Part shown: in pieces, positions 10,630-23,310 of the stretch
How positions within the stretch are numbered: position 1 is the stretch's first letter
Layout of the letters: each line of letters opens with the position of its first letter
From: Guillardia theta CCMP2712
Taxonomy: Eukaryota; Protista; Cryptophyta
Length of the DNA: 64,000 bases
Assembly (NCBI RefSeq): GCF_000315625.1
Contig: NW_005434568.1
Coordinates: 151,965-215,964 of the forward strand
Reading direction: 5' to 3'
Program-made: the position numbers and the translations under genes
The notes under the pieces: generated by a model
The model's database searches: none
What the model was told of the DNA's origin: nothing
The model's input: only the letters and a program-made list of their open reading frames with translations

Positions 10630-11545
10630 CACTTGTAGTCGGAGCCCTGCCGCAGCTCGATGACAATCCGTGACCTCAGAAAATTCATTCCCCGCAGTCA
10701 TGCGCCGGTCACGCTCCGACGCCACTCTGACCGCCGGCGGCCGGGCCGCGGCCCCAGCCCCCCGGCAGTCACGCCGCCCGGCCGCCGGCCGCGGCGGCCG
10801 CGGCGCGGCCACTGCCGTGACGGGCCGACCGCTCGGCCGGCGTCGGACTCCGAGAGTCGGTGGCACCCGGACCGCCCGGCGCGCCGGCGAGTCCGACCGG
10901 CCCTCACTGGCAGGCTGGCCTGGCCCGGACTGGCGCCCCCGACCGGCCGGCCCCGCCGCCGGACGTGACTCCGCCGGGACGGTACTCTCCCGGAGGCCGG
11001 GCTTTACTATCACTGACTAGTACGAGTCACTGCCGCGGCCAGGCTGCCGCGGCCTGTACTGAGTGCCGGGCCCGGCCCGATCGGGCCGAGCCTGATGATC
11101 GGACCGTGCCACTGGCCCAGTACCGTCCGGTTGCCGGGCGGTGGCGGGCCAGGCTCAGCCGCCGCGGGTCCGGCGCCGCGGCCCCCCACTGCCGCGCCAC
11201 GCCGCGCCGCTGCCCGGGCCCCGCCGGGGCGCGGCCGGCGGCGGCCCGGACCGGACCGACGGCGTTCCGCCGGGGAGTCCGACGACCGGAGTCCGGGCCG
11301 GGCCGGCACGGTCCGACGGTCCGACCGTGCGACTCCCGTCCCGGACTACCGTCCGGCCGGGCGCGGCCGCGGAGTCAGCGGCCGCGGCGGCTCGGCTGAG
11401 CGGCGGCCCCGGGCGTGACCAACCCGGGCCGCCGGGCCGGGGCAGGCCCGGCCGCCCGCACGGCGCCGGGTGGCACCAGTCCCGCCGGGCCGAGCACTGC
11501 GGGCCCGGTGCCAGTGTGCGCCGCCGCATGATCTGATCACTCCGG
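10630..11545. other. Extremely GC-rich, palindrome-dense non-coding island (CpG-island-like)
   Basis: Saturated with CCGG, GGCC, CCGCGG, GAGTC/GACTC, GTGAC/GTCAC, ACGGT/ACCGT and TCGGA. ORFs in all frames are low-complexity R/P/G/A. Confidence 0.8.
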
Positions 11546-13256
11546 CGATTCGGTTGAATATGATTCCCCAGAAAGTTTTTGTGACCGGAATTGTAACTAT
11601 GGGAAGAGACTACCCTACCCCCATTGATGAATTTTCTCAGGGGGGCTCGATACCCCTACCTACAATTGTTGACTCGTTGTATCCCTTATTTCATCCCTTC
11701 ACTACCCCTACTACCAAAACCCCTACCCCTGGTATTCAAAGCCCCCCGGCTACCCACCCCATCGAGCTCCAGGCACTATAGTACTGTAAAGACAAACAGA
11801 GTTGAACATCTGAAATCAAGAAATAATTCAATACACATTACAATAAATTTGAATAATTGGAAGGCGATTTCAAAGGATAACTGGAATCTTCTCTTTGTTG
11901 CAAATTTTTGGTCCGTTGGGCGAGTGGTGGGGTTGCAGAGGTAACGATGACGGTGGGTACTACTTTCACGGGGGGTGGGGGTTATATTTTAAGGGGTGGA
12001 AGGTGGTGGCCTATATGTTGTTGCAGTACAAAGAGTGGGGTACTTATCAGTCTTAATTCGTGAAGCCAGGGGGGTACTAGCTCAGACTGGGGTGGTTTTG
12101 AAGTAAAGTGATGCTCAAGGACGGGTACAATTTCGGTCTATGACGATGGTAGGGTACTTGGGTACATTGTTGAGGAGTACAAACGATCGGGGGAATGGGG
12201 GGTGGTGTACGGATCTACAACTGGGGGGTGGGTACAGATGAAGAGAGGGGTACGTAGATGGGGGTGGTTCAAGGGGGCGGGGAGTGAAATGGAGGAATCG
12301 CCTGAGCTTGGAAGAGAGCACGAGGGAGNNNNNNNNNNNNNNNNNNNNNNNNNNNNNNNNNNNNNNNNNNNNNNNNNNNNNNNNNNNNNNNNNNNNNNNN
12401 NNNNNNNNNNNNNNNNNNNNNNNNNNNNTTGGAGTGCAGCCATCTGGGGCACAGAGTATTTCATTGTGAAGTGGACGAGACGATGGAACACCAGCAATCG
12501 AGGTAGATAGGCAGAGAATTTGGGACTACGTAGCCGAGAAAGCAAGATGCATAATTCACATGGGGTGATCTTGAGGCAGAGAGGGCTTGTTTGGGCATTT
12601 ATTTTTGCTAAAGCCGAACGTGTGGTCGAGAGTGGATAGGTGGATGTTGTGCTTGAACAGATCAAGGTTGTACTCAGAAATGGGGTGAGGGAGAGAGAGA
12701 GAGAGAGAGAGGAGGGAGGGAGGGAGGGAGGAGGGGAGAAAGAATTCATTGGACAAGGAGATGATGATAGGGTAGGTGCAGGAATGACGGGGCAAGAGAC
12801 AAGACGGCACAGGAACACGATTGGGTCCATGGTGGTCTTAGTTGGGGAGGGGAAGGGAGGGGAGGAGGGAATGGGAATGAAAATTACTGCTGGAGAGAGA
12901 GGATTGTTGAAAGGTAGGCTAGAAATATGCCAGACATCAAGTCGAGAGAAGCGAAGGGAGCAAAAACTAAACAGAACGTTGGTCCAACTGTAGTTGAGTG
13001 GGAGGTTGAGGGGGAGGGACAAGTAGGAAACAAGCAGTGCAGGAGAGAGCTGATGCGAGGAGGGAAGAGGGCTCCAATGCTATGGCTGACAGGGGCAAAG
13101 GAAGGGAATGGAGGCAGGGTGGTGAATTCAGTAGACGAGCCTCTTCCTATGGGAAAGCGAGTAAGGTGGAAGAAAAGCTTCAGGCTGATCTGCGTTTGCT
13201 CGCAGGCGGACATGCTGCGATGACATTTGCGAGCTGCTGAAAGATAAAACGATTCG

Positions 13257-16200
13257 ATGGCATCAGCAACTGGCTCTTACCCCTTGCTTCCTTCCCCTAC
13301 TCGCCGCCTCCTCCTCCTCCTGCCGCTGCTGCTCCTTCACCAGACTGTAGGGGATGCAGCGACGATTGAGAGGCTGTCAGCGGAGAAGAGCTTCAAGAGC
13401 TCGAGCTTCGCTCACGTGGGGGCCCATGGAGATCCGCGATGGGATGGAGATACAAAGTGACATCCTCCGCTTGTCCCTTTGCTCGTCTCTACCACATACA
13501 TTCGTTTTCGCTTATCTCTCCCCATCATGATAGTAGCTGTGTGTTTCCTGCTACTTCATCCTTCTTTCGCTCCTCCTCTCCCGCCTCTCTCCTTCCTCTC
13601 ATCTCCATCGTAGGTTGGCAACTTCGGCAACTTCGAGCCCAGCCATTCATCATGCCTGCAGCTCGCTAAGCAACTCAGAAGACAGCGAGACTGAGGTCAG
13701 TTGCTCCTCCCCTCCCCCCCCCCCTCACCCTTTGCCAGTAGCTTATATCCCTCCTGCTTCGGTCCTCGATGACCTGTCCTCGATATTGAGGCTGATACTT
13801 GCCTGAGGTCATTCATGTCATGGAGGGAACTCAGCTCGAACTCCATTGATGGTCATAGATGGTTCCTTCAGCAGCAGGAGCAGGAGCAGGAGCAGGAGGC
13901 GAGCTCTAGCATGAGCAGGAGCTGAGCAGTTGCAGGAGCAGTGCTAGTTGAGAGGGGAGAGGACCTCCTGTCTGCACTCTGATCCAGGCTTTCTCCACTT
14001 ANNNNNNNNNNNNNNNNNNNNNNNNNNNNNNNNNNNNNNNNNNNNNNNNNNNNNNNNNNNNNNNNNNNNNNNNNNNNNNNNNNNNNNNNNNNNNNNNNNN
14101 NNNNNNNNNNNNNNNNNNNNNNNNNNNNNNNNNNNNNNNNNNNNNNNNNNNNNNNNNNNNNNNNNNNNNNNNNNNNNNNNNNNNCCCTTCCTCCTCCTCC
14201 CTTCCTCCTCCTCCCTTCCTCCTCCTCCTCCTCCTCCTCCTCCCTTCCTCCTCCTCCTCCTCCTCCTCCTCCCCTTCCTCCTCCGGGTAATCATGACATA
14301 CTTCTCTGCAGTTGCAACAAATGGTGAAGAAATATGCCCTAAACTGAGGTGATCTCCCTCCCTCCCTCCCTCCCTCCCAATCCCTCCCTTCCCTCCCTCC
14401 CTTCCTTCCCTCCCTCCCTCCCTCCCTCTCTCGCGCTTCCTCCCTCCCTCCCTCCCTCCCTCACGCCTCCACACTCCATCACCATCTGGTAAAAGTACAT
14501 CAGGTTGGATGCGGATCGTCCATTTTCCCCTGTCGGGGATACGGAGGAGGAGGAGAAGAGGAAGAAGCAGGAGGGAGCTCTCTTCCAGACTGCAGCGATT
14601 CAGGAGGAGGAGATCATCCTCGGAAAGAAGGTGAGGGGTAGGAGAGCGATGAGGAAGAGGAGGAAGGAGGGGCGATGAGGAAGAGGAGGAAGGAGGAGGG
14701 AGGGAGGAGACAGGGGGAAGGAGGGAGGAGGGAGAGACTGACGAACTCGTCTCAGCTAGGAGAAGGGGAGCAGGGCTGTGTGTACCAGGGGCAGTGGAGG
14801 GGGAGGGCGGTGGTTGCCAAGGTGCTCAAGGGCTGCTCCTGCGCTTGCAAGGAGAGGGAGAGGAGCAGGAGAGATTTTCTCAATGAGATCCGCGTCCTTT
14901 CCCGCATCCACCACCCGAACTTGATCCACTTCTTGGTATACCTCCTCCCTCCCAGCCTCCTCCCACTCAACTCCTCCTTGCCTCCTTTCTTCTTACCTCC
15001 TTCTCATCCTCTTTGTTTCTCCTTCCTCCTCCTCCTCCTCCTCCTCCTCCTCCTCCTCCTCCTCCTCCTCCTCCTCCTCCTTCCTATCACTTCCCCTTCC
15101 GCGCTCTCTTCTCCTGCTCTTTCTCAATCATTCACTATCCTCCTCCCCTCTGTACCTCCTTCACAATTCCTCACTTCCTCCTCCGCAGGGGGCGAGCGCG
15201 AAGGAGGAGCCGACGCTCTTCCTCACGGAATTCATGGAGGGGGGCAACCTGCAAGAGTTCTTCGAGGCCAAGGGACGCGCATGGCGGCCCTCCCTCCTCC
15301 TCGTCCTCCAGTGGGCGCGCGACCTCGCTCGTGCCCTCTGCTGCCTCCACTCGCACACTCCTCCGATCGTCCACAGGGACCTCAAGCCCTGCAACCTGCT
15401 CCTCTCCGCGTCCGGCCACCTGAAGCTCGCCGACTTCGGCCTCAGCCGGTGAGGGAGGAATGGGAGGGAACGAGGCAGGGGCAGTGGAGAAGGCAGAGGC
15501 AGGGGAAAGCGAGGAGGAGGAAGATTCTGATTGATTTTAGGGTTCTTGGAGGAGGCAACGAGACTTCAACCTACACCATGACAGGCGTGACAGGAACCTT
15601 GAGGTAATCCCTCCTCCTTGACTCCCTCCTCCCTCCTCTCTCCTCTCGGCTCCTCTTCCTGCTGCTCTGTCCCTCTCTTGCTCTCTTTCCCCTCTCACCT
15701 TTCTTAGCAACTGCTTCCTCCTCCTCCTCCTCCTCCTCCTCCTCCTCCTCCTCCTCCTCCTCCTCCTCCTCCTCCTCCTCCTCATCCTCATCCTCATCCT
15801 TTCGTGCAGGTACATGGCACCAGAAGTCGTTCGGTGCGAGCCCTACAATCAGAAGGTGAGCGAAGGGATCTTGAGACCGGCCAAGGAGGTGGGGGGAAGG
15901 GGGGACGGAGAAGAGGAGGGAGAGCGGGAGGAAGAGAAAAGCAGAGCACGAGCACGAGCAGGAGGAGCACGAGGAGCACGAGCAGGAGACTGACAGGAAG
16001 CAGGTCGACATCTACTCGTTTTCTCTCGTCCTCTGGTTCATGTGCACGGGTGAGATGCCCCTGCGCTCATGCAGCCACAACGACTTCGTCATGGCGGCTC
16101 GTAGGTGAGGACAAGAGCAGACCAGCACTCCTCCCTCTCCTCCCTCCACCCTCCATCTCTTCACCCTTCCTTTCTCCCTCCCTCCACGACCTGAAAAACG

Positions 16201-16623
16201 CTCTCTTTCTTCCTTCTCCTTTGTTTCGTATCTCAAATTCAACCAGGAAGCAAAGGGTCCGGCCCCCGCTCTACCGCATCCTCTATAAAACCCTGGCCGG
16301 TAATTCTCTCCTCGCTTCCCCCCCCCCCTCTCTTCTACTCCTGTCTCCTGTCTCCTTCTCGTCTCTTCTCTTCTTCTACTCCTTCCTCTCCTCTCCTGCT
16401 TCTCTCTACTCGCTCCTCGTCCCTCTTCTTCTCTTCTCCTTCCTCCCCTTCCCTCACTCTGGATGCAGACCTCATGGCAAGGTGCTGGGACGACTCCTCC
16501 TTAGCTCGTCCCTCGGCTCTTCAAATCCTGGGAGAGCTGGAGGCGATGAATCCTCCCGACCCTCTCCTGCCCGCTGCCTCGCCTCGCCCGTCCCCTTCCT
16601 CTCCGGAGTACTACCTCAACTGA
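13257..16623 (+). CDS. TKL (Raf/MAP3K-like) Ser/Thr/Tyr protein kinase, multi-exon; 5' exons uncertain across gap 14002-14184
   Basis: Kinase exons at about 14503-14630, 14756-14935 (GEGEQG, VVAK, E, HHPNL), 15189-15448 (HRDLKPCN, DFG), 15541-15603 (TGTLR), 15810-15855 (YMAPE), 16004-16104 (DIYSF), 16247-16299 and 16469-16623 (CW..RP, stop). Confidence 0.92.
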
Positions 16624-16823
16624 TAACCTCTTCTCTCCTTCCTTCCTCTTTCCTCCTGCTCTTTATCTGTTTCCTCCTCTCTTTTCTTGTATATTCATTC
16701 ATTCCTGTACGTTAAGATGTAAACTATCGCTTTTAGTACGCAAACTCTCGTACGCCAACTCTTCTTCCCTCTCCTTCTCCTCGCTATTTCTCTCCTCCTC
16801 CTCCTCCTCGTCCCTCTCCCTCC

Positions 16824-17549
16824 TCATGCCACAGCTGGCTTGCCTTCTCCAGGAGGAAATCTCGAGACAACGATGCCATGTACCTTGCGAGCGACGTCTC
16901 TCGTCCAAGTTCTGAGGTGCCGCACAGCTATCACACTCCTCTTGCTGACCTCCTCCTGCACCACTTCCCATCCTCCTCCTCCCCACGACTGGATGCAGCG
17001 ATTGAGCTCCTCCAGGTCCTGCGTCAACCGCCGCTGAACTGCTTCCTGATATTTCTTGTCTCCAACTACTGTGGGCAGGTTCTCAAACCTCCTCCTCACC
17101 TCCTCGTACGCCCTGAGCGTCTTAGCCCACACCCACTCCCTCGCCGGCTTGTCCCAGTAGAGGAAGGCGGCGATGGCTGCTGGGATGGAGAGTTTCACGG
17201 TTGTGGCCAGCACTCCTCCTCCTGCTCCTCCTGCTCCTCCTCCTTGCTGCTCCATCGCAATCCTGTCCTGCTTCCCCACCACATCCCTCACGAATCCTCT
17301 CGCTTTCGTCACTCCATCGTTGAGATACTCGCGCTCGATGTTGAGGGAGGAGAAGTAGAGCAGCACGTTTTTCACCACCGGAACCTCGTTCATCCTCTTC
17401 CCCTGGAACTCCAACTGGAGCAGCTCCCGAGACAGCATCTTCATGAAGTTTCCTGTGCTCAGCAGCACATCAGTGACCAGCTCCTTGTTCTCGCTCAGCG
17501 CTGCCCCTGCGAGCACTCCTCCTGCTAAGTACACGATGCCGCGGACCAT
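16824..17549 (-). CDS. Hypothetical membrane protein (weak resemblance to plant DUF1664-type layout)
   Basis: Clean 241-aa ORF from ATG 17549 with two hydrophobic segments (GIVYLAGGVLAGAAL; LSIPAAIAAFLYW) and a coiled-coil-like tail. Confidence 0.7.
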   Translation of the reverse strand: MVRGIVYLAGGVLAGAALSENKELVTDVLLSTGNFMKMLSRELLQLEFQGKRMNEVPVVKNVLLYFSSLNIEREYLNDGVTKARGFVRDVVGKQDRIAMEQQGGGAGGAGGGVLATTVKLSIPAAIAAFLYWDKPAREWVWAKTLRAYEEVRRRFENLPTVVGDKKYQEAVQRRLTQDLEELNRCIQSWGGGGWEVVQEEVSKRSVIAVRHLRTWTRDVARKVHGIVVSRFPPGEGKPAVA

Positions 17550-18849
17550 GGCGATCGCTGCGGACTTTGTTAGCACTGGAATGCATCTTTCATGACATTG
17601 TCAGCGCTGAAGTGCATCTTTCACGCCCTTGGAGTTTCTCCTGCCCCCAACGCTTTATCGTGCAACTCAGGCATCATCGTTATCAACATGGTCGGCTGCA
17701 TCTACTACTCTCCTATCTCCGTCGTCACATCTCAAACGAAACCTTGTTGTTACATCTCCATCCATCTCACTGCCAACACCTTCCTTGCCATTCAACCTCC
17801 ACTCTCATCGCATTCTCTTCCTTCACATGACCTCTCGTTACCAACTCCGCTGATCAATCGCTCCCTCACAATCATCCATCCCATTCCCCCTTCCCTTTGC
17901 TCCACAACGACCAGCAAAATATCCTTCAACTCAATACATCCTATACATCAGACAGGAGAGGATCTTCGAAAACTTGTAGCTCCTCCATGCTCTGCTTCCT
18001 CTACGTTTACATCGCATCTTCCTCTTGCTTCCCTTCCCCTTCTCCTCCTCCTCCTCCTCCTCCTCCTCCTCCTGCGCTCCTACCGCCCCTCATTTCGAAT
18101 GAAACGTTTCTTGCCATTACCGATCACCCACCCCACCCCCTTATGTTCATCCTTGAATTTCCCACCCCCTACCATATCGTTCAAAATTACTACCCACCTC
18201 GATGAAACATTTTCTGTACCCCACCATAGAATCTATCGAAAACAAATTATGATATAGGGGGTGGTATAACCTCCCGTAACACTAATTTCAACCACCACCT
18301 ATCTACCCCCTCCCCTACCACCCACCTGCCACCCCTACTCCCACAAAGGTTCAATTCAACCACTACCACAACCCCAAACACACCCCACCCACTTGGATCA
18401 CAATGTCCGCAGTTCATGAAGTACCCCCTATTTATCCTATTAGGTACCCCTATTTGATGGGATTCTTCATTCGACTGGTCACCCCACCCCTTCATTCATA
18501 CCACCCCGTACGCACTTTGTGACGATTGCAACGAGGGGAGATCCGCCCCAAACAATTTTAAATTTCGGTTGAAATATTTCTAACCTTTTCGCCATAATTT
18601 CAAATAATCCAACATAAGTTACCTACAAATTCAGGAAATTCGCTGGCCCCCGACGTCCCTTCCGGGCCGTCAAGAGAGACTTTTGAAAAACAATTTATAC
18701 GTTTATAATTATTGGCTCTAAAGTTTTATATTTCTAAGTACAAATTTCAATGTAAAACAGTCTCAGAATTTCTGTACGCAACTTTGGGGGTCACTTGTGA
18801 CTAAAATAACTAAACATTGTGGTACATTCATGCCATGATTTCAAAAAGG

Positions 18850-19800
18850 CGTGTACCGTCAGCGCGACGCGGCCGGGCGCCGCCTCGTGACGGCCCGGCC
18901 CGGCCAGCAGGCTTACGACGGCGGCCGCGTGGCCGCCAGTAGTGACTCGGAGTCCCGGTCGGGCCTGACCGTCAGGCGGCCTGAGCCGCGCGGCTACGGC
19001 GGCCCGGGCGTACGGTACCCGGGCGGGTCTCCCGGGCCGGGGCCCGGGGTCGCCCGCCGTGAGTCGGACCGCGGGGGGGCCCAGTGGGGTGACTCAGTCC
19101 GACTGTACCGGGTCACCGGGGCGCGGCGCGCCAGGCGGCGTCCGATACACCGTGGCACGGTCGGACCGTACCGGCGTACTCCCGGCGCCGGGACTCGGAC
19201 TCGACGGTACGGTACCCGGCGTACGGTAGTACGGTCGGCGGTCACTGTGACCGCCGGGTCCGGAGTCCGGCCCGACGCCGGTGACTCGTCGGGCGGCCGG
19301 CCCTGCCACGGTGGCCGGCCCGCCGCCGAGTCGTCGGGCCGGTGACCGTCTGATGCCGCCGTTCGCCGGGATCAGCCTGATGATGGTCACCCGGCCGGGC
19401 GCCCCGACGGCGGTCGGTCGGTCACCCGGTCACTGGCCGCTCAGCCGCGCTGAGTCACTGTGTTAAGCCTGAGGTGACGGTTGGAACTCTGAGGCCGCGC
19501 TCCGGCGAGAACTCGCTCCGAGCGGAGTCCCGCCGAACTTCGCGCCCCGGCCTGGCCCGGCCGGACCGGGCGGCCCCGCGGGTGCCGCAGTGCCTGGCGC
19601 CGCCGCGCGCGGCTGATCAGGGCGGCGGCCCGGCCCGGGGACTCCCCGACAGGAGGCTGAGTCAGCCTTCCGAGACTGAGTGATAGAGTGATAGCCGACT
19701 GTCGCCGGACTGGCGAAGGTCGGATCGGATGAGCTGCCAAGTTGAGAGTTGGCGCCAGTTGACCCCCGGCCGGGCCCTCATCAGTTGAAGGCTGGGCCCG
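18850..19800. other. GC-rich palindromic island
   Basis: Same motif vocabulary as 10630-11545, preceded by an AT-rich block at about 18550-18850. Confidence 0.8.
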
Positions 19801-19959
19801 CCAGCAAAGTGTCTGAACTTCCTTGTACGTCATGCCACTCTGAATTCTGTCGCCACGTTTCATTAGAAGTGAATGCTGGGATAACATACAAAAAAGTGTC
19901 AGACAACCCCAAGAGGGGCGTCGTGCTTGCAATGGAACAGCAGGGCAAGACGTTGCGGC

Positions 19960-20812
19960 TCAGCTCTTGTACCACTCTTCGCCTTTCCCACAGAAGCAAG
20001 CGCAGTCCTCGGCCTTTCCCTCGTCGTTGACGATGGAAGCAGGAGTGTCTGCCGGCGAGCCACTGACGCCCACCTTTGAATACCTGCAGATACAGTCAGA
20101 GGTCAGAGGGGAACAGACAGGGGAGGGGGTTGACCAAGTGAGAGGAAAGCAAAAGGACGAGAAGGAACGAGCACGAGCACGGGCAGGGCAAGGGTCAAGG
20201 AAACGGAAAGGGGAAGGGGAAGGGGCAGAGGAAGTGGAAGGGGAGGGGCAAGGAAGGGTGGTGTGGGGGCGCAGGAATCGAGGAAGAGGGATGAAGCTCA
20301 CCCAGTCGCACAACGGAACTTCTTCGATCCGCTGGAGTAGGTGCAATGCTTCATGCACGTGCAGCCGTAATGCGCATCACCCGATGCTGAGCCGAAGAGC
20401 GCCACGTCCTCGATCGGCGTCCAGCTCGAAGTTCCAGCTGGAGGGGCCAGAACGGATACCCCGAGATCGTTGCACTGCGGATGGCCGACGTGCTGGGAGC
20501 ACCAACCCTGTCAAAGGACGTTATGCCCAGCTGGTGTGGCTCCTCAGCTCGATCACCTGCCCGACATCGGTGTAGCAGAGTCTGTTGGCGTCAGTGAACC
20601 GGCATCCCACAGTCTCAAACGACTGAACGCAGTCTGCCGCCATGCACTTGGCCATCTGCTGCATCTGCTGTGGCGCGACCTTGAAGTCCTTCTGATCCCT
20701 CCAGTCGCTGCACTTGATGTTCAACCCCTTCGCATTGTCTGGCATGGGCTCCACTGTATCGGCTGGGGGAGGAGGGGGTGGGGGAGGGGGCGCTGAGCCC
20801 TCCGAGTCAGAC

Positions 20813-20850
<38 letters not shown>

Positions 20851-22427
20851 CGAGTCTCCTCCACTTGGTCCATTGCTTCCTGGAATTACAAGGGGGGTGA
20901 CTGGAGCAGGGTTTCCACCCACCATGCCCCTACAAGGATAGTAAGAGACAAGACAAGAACATCTTGATCACTGCCGCTGACCTTGGCCCTTGCTCGCCGA
21001 CAGGTCCTTCGGGTCCGACAGGACCAGGGGGGCCCATAGGTCCTGGAGGCCCAACTCTTGAAGGCTGTAGCAGCAGTCAAGCAGTGATCGGCCGCAGGCT
21101 CCAAGGCAGGGAAGCAGCATTCGAAGAGATTCTACAGGCGACACGTAGATGGAAACGCAAACGATAGAGCAAGCAGAATATTGACCCCCCTCTACACCCC
21201 ACCCGACGCAACACATGCATCACGACACTGACAAAGGGGCTTCACCTGAGCAGGCCCAGGCTCGCCGGCAGGACCAGTGGGACCATCCTCGCCTACCATT
21301 AATCTCAATGGACGCACATCAGCAAGCAATTGCAAGACCTGGGTAACCATTGGGCCCTGTGTCTCCTTTTGGCCCCTCTTTCCCGGGCGCACCGACACGT
21401 CCCTAAAGCACGAGTCCTCTTAGTAACCCTGCGCTAGGACTGCCCGCACCTCCTCTCTCACCTCCGGGCCTGGCAACCCTCTCTCTCCTGGAGGTCCAAC
21501 CTGCCCCTCTGGGCCTTGTGCTCCATCAATCCCGTTGTCCCCTGCCTCCCATGAGTACCTTGCCCCAACACGCCACGGCCGTCTCTACCTGGAGGGCCAG
21601 GCTTGCCGATGGGTCCTCTGGGTCCTGGAGGTCCCTTGGGGCCTGGCGGTCCTCGGGGACCATCAGGTCCAGGAACCAGGTTCGTGCCCTGCAGGAGAGG
21701 AGAGGGTTCAGCATGGAGGACTGCAGGTCGCTCTGTTCCTAACCTGTTCCACAGCAATCTCCGTGCCACGAGTGTTCTCCAGTCTCTCCGCCATCTTCCT
21801 GAGGCTCTTCTTGAGACGATCCTGGGCCTGCAGGATCGAGTCCAGCTGTCCCACTTCTTCTGAGCTGATCTTTGCATCATCCGAGGCGATCGAGTCCTTA
21901 GTCCATCCCCACAGCTCTACGCGGGACGAGGAGAGTCTCTGTAAGCATGCCGTCAGAGGCTATACTGCACTTCTTCAGCAACATTTCACTGCACGCACTC
22001 TGCAGAAAACCTCGACATCTCTCTCACTTATTCAACCTTGCACTCGCATATGGTTTACACTTGCATAAAACAACAGTTGGATTGCTCTCGACATAACGAA
22101 GACAGAAGGAAACCAGACCATATACAACAACAGTCTCTCTCGGGTACAAATCAACTGAAGCAGTTAGGAAGTAACCTTTTGAGACTCTTTCTATCATTCA
22201 TTCCCTCCTGCTCTGCCCTTTCTCCCCTCCACAACGAGTACAAACATGTCCAATTCTGAGGCAGAATAGGCAACAAGGTGATCAGCATGTCGTAACTTCA
22301 CTTGCTCATGTTCACTTTTCACCACCTCTTTCCTCACCGTGTAAGCCACGAGTGCCGCCATCAGCATCGCTGCCGCGGCTGCTCCCCTCGCGCCATCGCG
22401 CCATCCCCGCGCGCGATCGCCTGCCAT
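19960..22427 (-). CDS. Type II transmembrane collagen-like protein: TM, coiled coil, about 39 Gly-X-Y triplets, GS/Pro linker, Cys-rich C-terminal domain
   Basis: Spliced reading: MAGDRARG...MLMAALVAYT | RLSSSRVELW...QAQDRLKKSLRKMAERLE | GPDGPRGPPGPKGPP... | GDNGIDGAQGPE... | GRVGAPGKEGPK... | GEDGPTGPAGEP | GPPGPMGPP... | ...CSDW..CMAADC..C..C | GWCSQH..C..CTCMKHC..C | ..CACFCG..WYKS*. Confidence 0.85.
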
Positions 22428-23310
22428 ACCCCTTGCGAAGAGCCAGCTCATCACCCCTACCCCCTGTTTTTCCATACAATGACCCACCTCTGAGATATCA
22501 CCAGTAACCACCCAACATTTGCCATTACCTGGACCCACCATGATGGCTGTACCCTGACCCTATCTTTGAACGCTAATACCACCGGTGATAATGTTGCTAC
22601 CTACCCTGAGAAAAGTATGTCAATTCGTTGGAGAAGGTACCGGTGGTAGAGACATAGGGGTACTTGTCAACAGAGAGCAGTGATATTGACCCCTACCCCC
22701 TAATTTCCCCATGAATGTCCTTCTCCAACCACCCCTCCGACACCATCATATCGCCCACCCACCCGTGTACTCCCAGTCGGGCTCCGCCACATAAAGGGAA
22801 AAATGCGGATCCATGATAGACGTACAGGGGAGAGAGTATGGAATGGTGGTGGTGGTGGTGGTGATGATGATGTTGACAATGATGATAAGAAGAGAGAAAA
22901 TTTCACATGTTGAGGTGATGCTGGCGGATCTATGTGAAGAAACTTGCTCGAGAACACGGAAGGAGAGCGAGAATCAACGAGATGTAACGATTCTGGTTGT
23001 ACACAGAAAGAATAGGGCAAGAGAATGTAAGGCTGAGATAGGATAAGGATAGGCAGCGAGAGATGAAGAGAAGGAGGGGAGGGTGGGATAGATGATGGTG
23101 TGTGTGTTTGAGGGGGGGGAGAAGAAACCGACGGGTCTAAAGCTCCACATGCTCATATTCCTTCGCAGATGTGCTCAACAAGGACTACCCTGCAATAAGA
23201 CCTTCTAGAGTATCCAACAATCTCTCTGTCGTTTCCTAATCCACTCCCTTGCTCCTGCTCCTCCTGCTCCCCTGATCATTTCACCCCCCTGATCCTTGTC
23301 GCTCCTCATC

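Noticed and set aside
10597-11540. Many overlapping R/P/G/A-rich ORFs (also 18851-19932, 26548-26858, 43183-43779)
   Set aside because: Artefacts of stop-poor hyper-GC sequence; open in all frames with no domain motifs.
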